From contig JAYWIR010000020.1 in the NCBI GenBank assembly GCA_036172245.1, forward strand, positions 3,100,001-3,164,000: a stretch of 64,000 nt of DNA. Direction: 5' to 3'. This stretch comes from Raillietiella orientalis (lineage: Eukaryota). Shown here one piece after another: positions 25,770-37,335 of the stretch (position 1 is its first letter; each line of letters begins with the position of its first letter). The notes under the pieces are model-generated. The model made no database searches. It saw nothing but the letters and a program-made list of their open reading frames with translations, and was not told the DNA's origin. Made by a program: the position numbers and the translations under genes.

Positions 25770-27300
25770 CCTTCTAAGGCATTGTTTCCATGTCCTACAA
25801 TATTTACTAAGAAAATTTGGTCCCGAAGTCTTTCATTAAGATGATCTAGAAACTCCTTAGGAAACTCTGATCCTTAAGTTATAAATCACCTGAGCGCTCC
25901 GCTGGCCAAGATGTGGAAGATATAGAACAAGACCTTTTCTGCAACTTTTTTTCCATGCATAGATGAGTACGATAAAAGTGAGTGCAGTCTTTCGAGTTTT
26001 GCTAATCAGGGCACTCCTAACTCTGAAAACGATATGCGACAGTGAAAGAAAAAAACTGTTGCTTTGAGGATGAAGCGATAACTACGCGTTGATGCTGAAC
26101 AAATCATTCTGGAGCTACCAAAGGAATGGCAGGGTTTGTGTGAACAGCTGAAACAAGATACAGCATCGCTGCAAGTTGCACATAACAACATATCACGAGC
26201 TGCTTTACACATCTCAAGAAAATGCCATCCAACTGTGCACCTATTAATGGAAAAAGGCGCGAGAATAACTGAACCCCCCCCCTCCTTCCTGAAATTTGGC
26301 GAATTCATATACAGGGAAGTAAAAGTATGAAAATCATAAATGGTGAAGAAAAAGCAAAAAATGGTAACAGGTGTGAAGTAATTTTTGGGGCTCGTGGAAT
26401 CAGCAAGACTATTTAAACGGGTACTACTTGTTTTATTTCTTAGGCCACTTGAAACTTTCGATGAGCCCACACCACTATGTGTGGATTTTGAAGAAGGACT
26501 CCTTGCTGTGCGGCACTGGGAAAAGGATTCAATCAGCATGCTCACTTGGAATGAGGCAAGGGATCTCGTTTGCCTTCTTGGCGGACCTGCAGCAAAGTCC
26601 GATAAAGCATACAGTTAAAGAAACTAATATGGAGATCTATCTGAGATCCCTAAATACCGTCTCATTTTTATCGACAGTGTAATTCTTGCGACCTTTTTGT
26701 GTCTTTCATGGGCAAGGATGCAACCTGAGGCTTCTCCTGATAGGTCGTGTGAAAAGGATATAAAACAGCCGCTAACGGTACACGTGCTCAAGAAATGATG
26801 GCTTGGCTCAGTCAGTTTCAACAGACCAGAAATAAAGATATCATTACAGTTGGGATATTTGTTCAGTAGCTGGATGCTCTTAATCGTCCAATATGGCTGC
26901 CTCGACGCGAAGGAACCAAAACTGCAGGTGGAATTCCTCGGATTACTGGTGAAGCAATCAGCATGGTTGGAATCAAGCAAAATGATGGTACAGAAGTGCA
27001 TTCATTTATCTGTTAGGCCCATTAACTCCTGGGGAAACTCTGCTAAAGATTAAAGTGAATGCCTTAGTGCGGCTGAGGGACCTCGCTTAGGTAAACTACT
27101 TACAAAAATCCAGAACCAACTTCGACCTTAGAAACCTTAGAAATGGAGGAATCTGACTGATTTCAACATTGCGAAATCACAGAGTGATTTAATACCTAGA
27201 GATACAGTAGTAAATCACAATGCCTATGAAACTTAGAGGTTATGAATGCAGTCCCACTAAAAGGCCCCACTACGGGTAGTATCTATGTAAACGCAGTTTA
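25770..27300 (+). pseudogene. Endogenous viral element: orthomyxovirus-like polymerase subunit PB2 (central part, decayed)
   Basis: Ordered motifs across frameshifts match recalled influenza PB2: SYNIY*ENLVPK (AYMLERELVRK), FLKFGEFIYR (FSFGGFTFKR), VRHWE (IRVHE), DSVILA (EAIIVA), WLSQFQQ (LLRHFQK), ISMVGIK (MSMRGVR), KIKVNALVRLRD..GKLL (VSIDRFLRIRDQRGNVLL). No introns. Confidence 0.65.
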
Positions 27301-27579
27301 CCGTCACGGAAGGTCCATATTCAAAGAGCAATATCCATCAAGAAATTGGGATAAATGAAAGGCAAAACAGAAGGCACTTAAGATGTCTGGAGAGAAATAG
27401 GTAGTTCTTTGATTCGAAGTACTTTGGAGTCAGCACACAATATCCATCCACCTGATAATTCTGAAAGGGGACTCTTTCCTGTAAACTGAACTCCATTGCA
27501 CATTTAAACAATTTGGAATTCAGGGCAGCGGTGTGTAGCTGATCGGTATAAAGTGAGATTGCTGCGTTTATTATTCCAA

Positions 27580-28150
27580 ATGAGCAACACCAAAATGTAC
27601 CGAAATGGATTGGTGCACTTTATAAAACTATTTTTGGAGGATGTTTTCTTACATGAACAAATCCCAAAGGAATCAAACGTTATCGATTAACAACCTGAAC
27701 GAATGCCTCTCTCATTTGTTGCTTGGTGGCAATTTCATCAGTGATATGGATGGAAGTGTTGAACAAGAAACGGATTTCTCAAGATGAAAACGTAGATAAA
27801 GCTAGACTTTCATCCACTTCAACTGGAACCGATACAAACCTAGTTACAGGATTACTTGCTGAACACGAAGGAGCCACCAAGTAGCTTGGCAAAGAAAATG
27901 TGATACCAGTTTACGGTTCATTTACAAAGAAGCCCTCAAACGAAGCCCGGTAGAAAGCGTTCCATCCGTTAGTGTACGGATAATTTGGCTACTCAGGGAT
28001 AAATGGGATTTCACAAAACAAAAGTACCAAGAGGCAGATATGGATTGCTATGCGTTGAAACGTGAGAGTGCTTTCATACTGGATGGGCAACCATGGAAAT
28101 ACAGGGTGCAAAAGGAAGTGTGGTGATACTAATTTAGAAACCGGGCACTT
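27580..28150 (+). mobile_element. piggyBac-like transposase remnant
   Basis: VHFIKLFLEDVFLHEQIPKESN (cf. FxLFFxxxxxxxIxxETN) and a degenerate KxHP motif; highly decayed. Confidence 0.35.
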
Positions 28151-28349
28151 TGGTTAATGGACCGCGTAGGTGAAGACGGAAGTCGTGCTGTCATCGTTCC
28201 TGACCACTTCCACGCTTGTATCACGTGATCGCGTTTGACATTCAGTCCCGAGGTGCCAGCTAACGTTTCTGCGGTTGTTTTTCTGCATCCTGTCGAGGGG
28301 TCTGCTCACTTGCTGTCCTGGGTCATCAGAAACCCAATCTGTCTGCTAT

Positions 28350-29490
28350 TTGGACAATACTAAGAAATTTGTATTCTTCAGTTGTTTCAAGTAGCACTCT
28401 AAAGATGCGGATACTTGAAGTTGACTGTTTACTTACAACTTCCGTGTCATTAACATAAACAGTATTATCTACTACGTTTGATCTTGATAGTTTCTTCTCT
28501 TGATAAGTTATCTTTTGCGGCGGTATATAAGAATAACAATTTAATGCTCGAAAAGAAATATTGGGTTATAATAATACTAGTACTCCCTTTTCACCTACCT
28601 CGTTTAGCACTTCATTTAGGGTTCGATGTTCACAAATGAAACCAAACATAGGAACAGCGTACAGAGTTAGCAATGATCTGAGATTTTTTTTCCGTTGAAA
28701 CTGAGCAAAGCAATAAGTGAGTTTTTCACTTATCTACGGTTAAGTATGATTTATCAGAGGAACAATCTGGAATAATCACGCTTACAAAGTTTGTACTAAT
28801 AATCACATAATAAACTCCTGTTGTCACTTTATCCCAAGTGATGTTTGAAAATTGCTAATTGTTGAGATCCATTCTATAACTTACAAATATTAGCTTTTAT
28901 CTCTGTGGGGTAGTAACGTTTTTTGTAGGTATCAGGAAAAACATCACTATTACAGAGGTCACCCATTATTGGTTCATCATATTCTTCATCGTGGTCACTT
29001 GCGATTTCTAGCCTACTGCTACAGAAAGAATCCATTACATGGAGATCAAACTCATCTTCATAGTTCTTACAGATCATAAAGTAGCATTCTCTCAAACTTA
29101 AGTCTCTCTCAAACTTAACAAAAGTCTCAAGGTGCCCAACTTCTATGTAATACTGACTGATTGAAGCATAGGAAGTATTCCACTTTAGCAAGTCAGTAGC
29201 TATTTTTTGGCCTATAATTAGGGGATTGTGCTTTCGCAAAGATGGTAAGTTCATACGTCCTTGAACAAACATTTGAGATCTTCCCGATTTTTTTTATCAA
29301 GTTCGTCCTCCGAGTAGTTCATTGCTGTATAGTTTGAATCCTGTACCTGTGAGGATAAGGTAGCCTTTTTGATTTTAAACATCACCTCCGCGTATTGGAT
29401 GAGGGAGATCTCATGTAGCACGCAATCAACCGAAGGTTCTAATACATTTAGCCCATTTTTTTCAACGCCATTTGTAATCAACGTGAGATA
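28350..29490 (-). pseudogene. Decayed intronless ORF, probable RNA-virus polymerase fragment (Bunyavirales L-like, tentative)
   Basis: ORFs 29251-29481 and 28874-29272 join by one frameshift and continue as interrupted protein-like frames (WDKVTTGVYYVIISTNFVSVIIPDCSS). No TE or cellular motifs recognised; viral family assignment is weak. Confidence 0.35.
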
Positions 29491-30579
29491 AGTCTGTGGT
29501 TCAGCCGAAATTGGGGTTTACCTACGCTAATACCATTCAGCCCTGATTTTGGTACACACGAAATGAGGAAGGTACGTATTTGTGCTACTGTGTTTTGACC
29601 ATGTTAGCTGACAAACGAACATTCAGGATGAAAATAAAAGTTTGCAGTACCTGCAATACTGTTTGCTGGTTTTAAACCGTACTCAATTCTTTTCATGGAT
29701 AAATTGACTGGATCGGCCTTAGAGGAAAAGTAAAGAATAATCCGACCAGGTTCGTGACCGTGTATGGCTTTATTTTGAAGTCATTGGCAAATCTTTCTTT
29801 TCACTGGCGGGCGACTTATAAATAAGTGTATACTATTCGGTAGTAAGACGTGAAACTGACCTTGAAAACCATCATTTTCAGAGAGATCACCTTGCTTGAG
29901 CACTGCCTGCACAGTCCTTTCCCTGAAATGGAGCAGACTTTCGTTCCGTACAATGTTTTGAACACGGAGGGTAAAAAGTCTTTCTTTGTACTTGATCGAA
30001 GCAGGAAATATGCTTCAGAAACTTGTGATTCGTTATGAAGGGAGTGAAAGAAGTACTTTTGGTCATATTTGTTATTTTGCAGCAGAGATGGCTTCAGAAG
30101 ATTTTGATTTCACACCAATCGTGCTACTCCAGCGGCAGTTTGTCTCTTACTTTGAACTACTAACAGACCGATTAACCGAATAGTAATTAAACGAAGACAC
30201 GGAAGTGTAGATAAGCGTTTCGCTCTTTTCTTGAGTTGAGACGTCATCATATTTCCCAAATTCCTAATCTTTAAGCAGTTGTCCATTTTGCACATCTTGA
30301 GAACACTGGTTAAAGGTAATGCTCATCTGCCTACCAGAAAGAGGATTATAGGATTCGGAAAGTCCTTGAGCAGAGACAGGCATTTCCACTCTACTTCCCC
30401 AAAATCCCCTGCCAGCATGAGAACGCATCATGCCTAAAGACAAATGTGTTGTATCTAGTGTGGATTAAAATGAGTCAGCAAAGTTCTTTTTGATAAAAAA
30501 AAAAAACAACCTTTTTCATTAAAAAAAAATACCGAGCAGTTTTTGTGATTTTGGTGAACATATATATAATACAGAAGTC

Positions 30580-30960
30580 AAACTTTCAAATGCGAATCCT
30601 CACCCAATTTGGGGAACAATGATAACAACATGACACTTGTCTTTTGACAGATAAGACTAATTTGATGGATACCAAAGCAGTCTCATTTTTGACTGGTGTT
30701 GTGATACACTGGCATGCAAAACATTGACGAAATGGAAGTTACATTGGTTAGCTCAGCATTTTCAACTGCCTTTATTCAGCAAGCTAGTTCTTCCGCCAGT
30801 AAAGCTGCCCTCTTGCATTTTCCCCAATAATAGCTTATTACTACTTCTGTGCTACTTTTCTTGCTTCCACGGTCCTTTTTACCTTCTCTTCCTCTGTGTC
30901 CATAATACCTCACAAATTGTAGGCTCCCAGTGTCGATCACAGTCTTGAAAGATCATAAAA
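30580..30960 (-). mobile_element. Retroviral-type (Gypsy-like) integrase H2C2 fragment
   Basis: YGHRGRE...TEVVISYYWGK resembles the GHxGxxKT...YYWP integrase zinc-binding region. Confidence 0.35.
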
Positions 30961-31138
30961 GATGAATACATGATGTTATGTTAATGCATACGGACTAACA
31001 TACACATTTATTTTAGCATACATATTCATTAATACAATTAATAATATGCATTAATATATCGTTTCGATAATTGGCCTGTTCATGCCAATTCTGCCGTGAA
31101 TATCTATTCCATGAAAATTGCAGCCAACAGGTGTCATC

Positions 31139-32360
31139 CTATCGGGTAAAGCCCATTCTGTTATCTTGACTAATCTTCTTTCTTACGGTGTTAATTAGTT
31201 CCTCTGAAGGTGTTGATAACCCTGTCGATAAAGTCGATAACTGTGAGCTTTCTGGCATAGGTGATTCAACGGACGCATCCTGAACTTTAGAATCAGCTGA
31301 GTGCATGAAAAAAGCGTAGTGCTCTTTTCTTCCTCCTGTGTTCCAGCCAACTATTTTTTGCTCTGCTTTTTTTCTAAGGAGTTCTTCATCTTCCTCTTCT
31401 TGTCTTTGTACTCCGTAAAATTCATCTAGGTGATCGATGTCTTCTCCTGCAAATTTAAACAAATTACTTTTCGTAGCCTCATCTATCATTTGCCGTAGTA
31501 ACAGGTCTCTCCAAGCTGCTACTTCCAGTCTTTGTCGCTGAATCATTTCCTACCAATGCCGTAAATCTTTTATCATAACTTCCCAACTCCTCTTCCGTGT
31601 GCGACGAAAATTCCTCGCAACCTCGTAAGTGTTGAGAGAAACTCCATAGTTCGTTCCATTCTCAAATGATATTTTTTTGAAGTATTCTCATCACTTGGCA
31701 CATACATTCCCTCATGCGAAATGGTAATTTTTCCTTCTTTTACCACCGCGATCTTTATTTTTCCAGTATGGACCCTTCTCCCCATTTCTCCGGCACCTCA
31801 TCCGTGGCTGCAGACATCTCAAATGTGACATCACGATGGTCTGGTCGATGAACTAACTCGAGTAATCTTCATCCACAGTCCCTAAGAGTAATCCTGCTGC
31901 CCCAGTCGGAGTGGTCAAAATGTCAGCGATCGACTGTTTAGGTGCTCTAATCCTTGGCCCCTTTCTCCCATTTTAGCATGCATACCTCTCATTTTTAGCA
32001 TACGAACACGTCCCCACTGTCACTTATCACTTCAAACTCGGATGGAACCAACGGAGAATTTACTTTGACCAACAGGCCATCGTTGCATGATGACGAAAAG
32101 TCGCAAAGAAAGATGGAAAGCATTTGAGACAGCATTTTTGGTATATGAGAAAAAAATTCATCTCGAGAAGATCTGTAATACACTATTGGACCAAACTCTG
32201 GAATTACCTCTCATGTGCTGATAACGATTTCCTCAGCATCCCCTGTTGGACAGGAAAAATGCTTATCGTTGTGTTCCTCTCCATGAATAATCTGATACCA
32301 CTGAATCACTAGGAAGCTTCTTCCTCATGCTGTTGTAAGCTTCCTCGCTGCTTTCTGAAG
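31139..32360 (-). pseudogene. Decayed C-terminal part of a large intronless protein, probably viral (EVE candidate)
   Basis: ORFs 31995-32183, 31573-31785 and 31139-31546 chain by stops and frameshifts into ~400 codons, end in TAG, and are followed by an AT-rich UTR-like tract (30960-31070). The 5' side is cut at the hairpin element at 32361. Confidence 0.4.
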
Positions 32361-32425
32361 TTAACCAAAAGCGCCACGTTCACTTTGAGCGTGGTGCTTT
32401 TATTATTATTATCATTATTATTCCT
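32361..32425. repeat. 16-bp stem-loop plus (TAT)n tract, Helentron/HINE-like terminus
   Basis: aaaagcgccacgttca-ctt-tgagcgtggtgctttt (32367-32401, two G.T pairs), preceded by TTAACC and followed by tattattattatcattattatt. Confidence 0.45.
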
Positions 32426-32699
32426 ACTCTTTCGAACTGAATTCCTCAGTCAAACATTTATTGTAACACCGGCACCTTATGATGTGCTACTTTTGATAGT
32501 CAGAAGACTTGTTTGAATAAACTGAACTGCGTTGCTTCACATTGAATCTAGAGAACAAATTGAAGTGATTTTGCATAAAATCGACCTTTCTTATTAGTGT
32601 CTGCTAAAAAACATTACAACTGCAAATAATAACCCTATGCTACCAAACGGTCAGCGACTGTTCGTTGCCGTAAATCGCTAACTTTATGTCTACCGTTTA

Positions 32700-33691
32700 A
32701 TCGTGCTACTCTCGTACCTCTTATGTAGCAGAATCACACAAGGAGAGGTTTATTGGTATGCCAATAAACAGTGACCTACGACGATTCTTAGCAAATACCA
32801 ATTTTGAGAAGATCATCTGCCTATTCACTCACCGAAACTTTTGGACTCACAAGCGTTTCTTGACACACGACCGACCGGCAACTTCTGCATGCCTTCGCAA
32901 TCAAAAATTTGAAAAGAAATGGCTTTGCTTTGATAAGAAAACAAAAGTATAAATGTTCATTCATCAGATGTTTCGCTACGACGATTCTTTTTGCAGAGCT
33001 GTTGGTTTCTTCGATGATCCTCTTGACAAGCTCTTCTGTGAAAAATAACTGGAAACATTCTATTGGTTCCACAATGTTAGATGCAATCTGTGTGTGGTCC
33101 AGTGACCCTGGGCGATACTGTGAAATCAATCCTTTTTGGAATCCTTTTGCTATCCGTTCTATCACCTTCTCCGAAAGAGTTTTCACTCAAACATTCCAAT
33201 TCTTCGTCACCTGTTCACAAGAATTTCGCCATCACTCGCACTTTCTTCAGATGCACTATCAGTTGAATTGTCATCGACTGGGTATAAATGAAGTTCTTGA
33301 CTTTCACTCGATTCGAAATTTACACAGCCCCTTTCCTTTTTATCAGCAAATCGCTTTGCAACGAACTGATGGCAATTAGAGAGCAACTTTTATAGAAAGG
33401 TCGACGTCCTGTTCGAAAACAAACTTTAAGTCACGGCTGCCGCTTTACACTGTGTATCACTTGCAGAGCAGAGATCTGTGACTGGAAGCTGTGAAGGATC
33501 ACGGCGCTTGCTTTCACTCACTTTGCATGCCGACGAACGGGTTGCACATTTTTGGTCTGCAGTGTAAAGAATGCATAACTGTGGTCCATCATTCTAACGC
33601 ATCAACACAATGCACGTCCCCTCAGCGGCGCCAGTCGATCCGTGGTGCCATTTTGAATGTCCCCTCAGAGGAGCCAGTGAAGTGCAAATGG
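32700..33691 (-). mobile_element. 5' portion of a piggyBac DNA transposon with terminus and TTAA target site
   Basis: ORF 32821-33186 has EPIECFQLFFTEELVKRIIEETN (typical piggyBac/PGBD N-terminal motif). Minus-strand end reads TTAA|CCATTTGC (TTAA at 33692-33695), with subterminal direct repeats GTCCCCTCAG(C/A)GG(C/A)GCCAGT at ~33616 and ~33659. Confidence 0.75.
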
Positions 33692-35580
33692 TTAAAGTCC
33701 GCTTCCTATGTCTCAGATCTCCATTTTCAAAATGCATTCAGTCTAACAAACAAAGAGCTTTACAATATGAATGCAAACTATAAATTGACCAACCAGCCTT
33801 CATGAAGACGAATTTCGTTCTCCCTTCTATGAGAAAAAGGAGCTCCAGTGATGCAAGAACCGTTCATTGCTGGCAAGGTGCTTTCTTCAAACCTCGACTC
33901 TGAGGTGGCAGTGAGTTTCTTTCCAGTAACTCAACGAAAATACCGCATTCACAAGCAAGGGATCGTTTTACATATGATCTGAGAATTCAAAGGTGCATTT
34001 TGCTGAAGCTTCATGACATTTGAACATTTTCTCTCATTATTCGAGAGAACTAGGACCTATTTCCTTCGATGCCCGAGAAATTCCAATATGTGAAAATAAC
34101 CGTCACGTTCGGGAAACTGCCGCACATGCAGCCACAAATCACAGCAAGTTCCGGATGAGATTTTGCGACAAATTGCTGTTTTTTTATTTGAAAGCTGGAA
34201 AAACTGTGATACTTATATGCAGAAAATGAATTAAATTTTTAGATGGTGAGAAAGGGATATTCTGGATTACTGTTATTAGGTGGAGTAAATCCAAAGTAGG
34301 AATCTTGGGAACCAATACTTGAATACTCGTACATCAATGAAACTGCGACCTGCTTTATTGAAATTAACTCCTTCTAATGATGAACAAGATCACTTGCATT
34401 TTAAAATCGTACCATAAATCAGCAGTGAATTCCATCCGAAACAGCCTACATCTATCCAGTGTACTTGTGTTCAAAACACTTCATCAGTTGAAGTCTTCCG
34501 AAGAACTATCACATGGTTTCATATTTCAGAACCATTTCGTTGAAGCCTTTCTTCCACCGTTTCCAAAATAGTTAACAATTTAAATTCTTTCATAAAAATC
34601 TGACTATATAGTCGGACAATCAGAAATACCTGGAAAGGGTGGCAAAATTGACGGAAACGCCAAGTTGAAGGAGATTCAGTATGTTGGAAATTGAAGTCGT
34701 AGGCTAGCAAAGTATTCTCTTCTTTTGGCTTAGCCTTTGGGTGTGATCAATTCATGATTCTCCTAAGGCGGTCAGCGTAAGGTATAAACATTTTACTCCG
34801 GGTTGCGTCCTTAATGAATACCAAGTTTCGAACGTAACTTTGCTTTTACCTCAATTTATTCTTCTCTCCTTTAGCTTTATTCAAAGTAGGAAGTTTAGGG
34901 AAATTTTAAATTGGTCTTACGATAACTTTCTATTCCACTCTTGCAGCACGAACAAATTCAGAATATCTATAGAAGTGAAGCAGCATCCAGATTCTGTTCA
35001 CCATTCTCAGTCTTATAAAGGAATGGTTTGAAGCAATCATGTAGACTAATTTGAGAGGAAAAAATGGCAGACAATTCGAAAGATCCTTGGAGTTGACAAA
35101 AATGGTCAATATTGAAAGATTGTTCTATTTCAACTCTCGTCTTTATTAAACGGTCACACAAAAAACTTGGAATTTGGATTTTACTGCAAGAATAATGCAA
35201 GAAAATGCAAATTGAGTTCCATTCGGGTCATCCATCATTATAACTCATGTAAACTGATACAGTCGAATATTATCTAGTATGAAAAGAATGTATTGAAGAA
35301 AAGTAATTTTGAAGATACTTTTTCGAATGTTTGGAGACAATTTTTAGCAGAATAATTTAACAAGAGGGCTCAAAATAAGCCTTTTCGTGGAACGAAAAGT
35401 CTTATTTTGTTTTAAAATGAAAAACATTAGTTGTTGAAAAACATAGTTTGTCTGAAAATGAGAAAACATTTTTTCCATGTCATGTATTTTGAAAGTTTGC
35501 ATATCTTCCAAAGAGAGAATGCAAAACAGCTTTGTAAAACACTAAAACCGGTAGTCCTTAGGGAAGTTCACCTGGTCATT

Positions 35581-35813
35581 GTGAAATTCCTTCAACTAGA
35601 AAGCAGAGTGCAATGAAATGAAAGAAAAAAAAAAAAAAAACATACACGCTTGATCACCTTTTACGGGAACTACCTTATTTTTTTTAAAAAAATAGCGAGT
35701 AGCTTGAATGACGTCGTTTGTGATTCGCAAAAATAGTCGGTCACCAAGGGACTGAAATGCTGGAACGTGAAATTCCTTCAACTAGAAAGCAGAGTGCAAT
35801 GGAATGAAAAGAA
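35581..35813. repeat. ~45-bp direct repeat, 186 bp apart
   Basis: gtgaaattccttcaactagaaagcagagtgcaatg(a/g)aatgaaa starts at 35581 and 35767. Confidence 0.9.
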
Positions 35814-37335
35814 CAAGAAAGGATACCGACCCCATGAACGAATGCAGTCCGAGTCAGATGCAATAGGGAAGCTCACGTCGGCTTTTTCCCTCAAAATAAG
35901 AAAATAGTTCATGAACTGACTTGTTGTTTGATTGAGTAGTTGGTTTTTCATTGATCATTAGCAGACCCATTTTAGGCCTATTAGGAAGAATAAAAATGCG
36001 CCTCGTTTTTTTTCTCCACAACAGTCAATGAAAAGAACTGTTCCCGAAAAATCCGTTGCATCTACATAGATTATGCCTCAAGGCAGGAACAACAGAATGA
36101 CTCCAATATCTTCAATAAACACAAGAGATCTTAATATGGTCTTCCAAGGAGATCAATACACTTGCTTCGTTCCATACCCCTAACATTCCTACGATAAAAA
36201 AAAAAAACAGTCTATAGAACGGGTCAAAAATTTCCTACCTATTTCCAGTTTAACAGGAATACTATGTGCTATCTAGGATTTTATGGGGCTCTAAATGTTA
36301 AAGTACTACACGTTATGGAATCTCGAAATGTAAACTATGCGAGCACCACATTCACCACGACTAAGAATACAAAGAATATAATTTCTTCGATCGATTTCTT
36401 TCTTCGATTTCTTCGTTCAATCGTATGTATTTCAGAAAAGTTTCTCACATCCTGGTCGTGAGAGTTGTTAATTTTTTCCGACATGTATGTTAGTCTCGAT
36501 GAGTTGTCAGTCCAAAGAGATGCTGCTCATGAGAATATTCTCTCATCATAAATGAATCTTCTACATTAAGGCAGGAAACATATTTTCTCTTTTCCAAAAG
36601 AAAAAAAAAAAAGATTAGTTTTGAGAAGCATGATGGTATAACAAAAGCTTCGAATAAAAGAAAGGAAGTCGCTAAGGTGCAAAAAGATCTCAGGAGAGTG
36701 GCCAAGCAATGCATTATGTCAGTATAACTAGATTCCTTTAATGAGCCTCCGGATTACGGTTCGTTGATAATAACTCAATAGTAATATATATACGAAAAAT
36801 AATTCAATTGGAAGCATCTTCATTCGAAAGTAAGAAAGCAAACTAGAGACAAAAGGAAGGCACGGAATGCTAATGGCAATCATGAAATCAACAGTTCTAC
36901 AGTGTCATGATTTTTGGATCATTATTCTTTGATTAATCAATTAGACCTCATGTTTTTACAAAAGCGTTGCATATGCATATTCAGAAAAGTTCAGTTCATT
37001 CCGAGGATCCGTTTTGTCTGAACAAGATGCAATGCTAGACCTGTAACCTACACCGTTTTGCAGAGGAAACGTAGCCACATTAATCAAGTGACCTAGGAAC
37101 ACAGTGTAACTGTGTTAATCGGAAATTCCTGGTAATTTGCATGAATGTGAACAAATTGTCTTTTTATACTTAATAACACATACTTTCAAGTTTTAATCTT
37201 ATATAATCTCACAAGTACAGTGAATTACATATGCTCTTTCAGAATTTCGAAGCTTGAAATTTGTCAACAGTATAAAAAAAAAACTTGATCATTCCAGGCA
37301 TTTCATGAAGTATTTCACACTCGATCCATGAATTT

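Noticed and set aside
26850..27053. ORF resembling nairovirus nucleoprotein (LFSSW...EFLGLLVKQ...PINSWG)
   Set aside because: It looks like an off-frame reading (L/Q/V/M-rich). The neighbouring frame carries several ordered PB2-like motifs that continue up- and downstream.
27520..27565. tRNA-like 5' half (GGTGTGTAGCTGATCGGTA)
   Set aside because: No B-box or cloverleaf downstream.
29550..30500. Possible additional piggyBac remnant on the minus strand (KIKP, KRIEYGLK)
   Set aside because: Motifs are short and scattered across frames; insufficient support.
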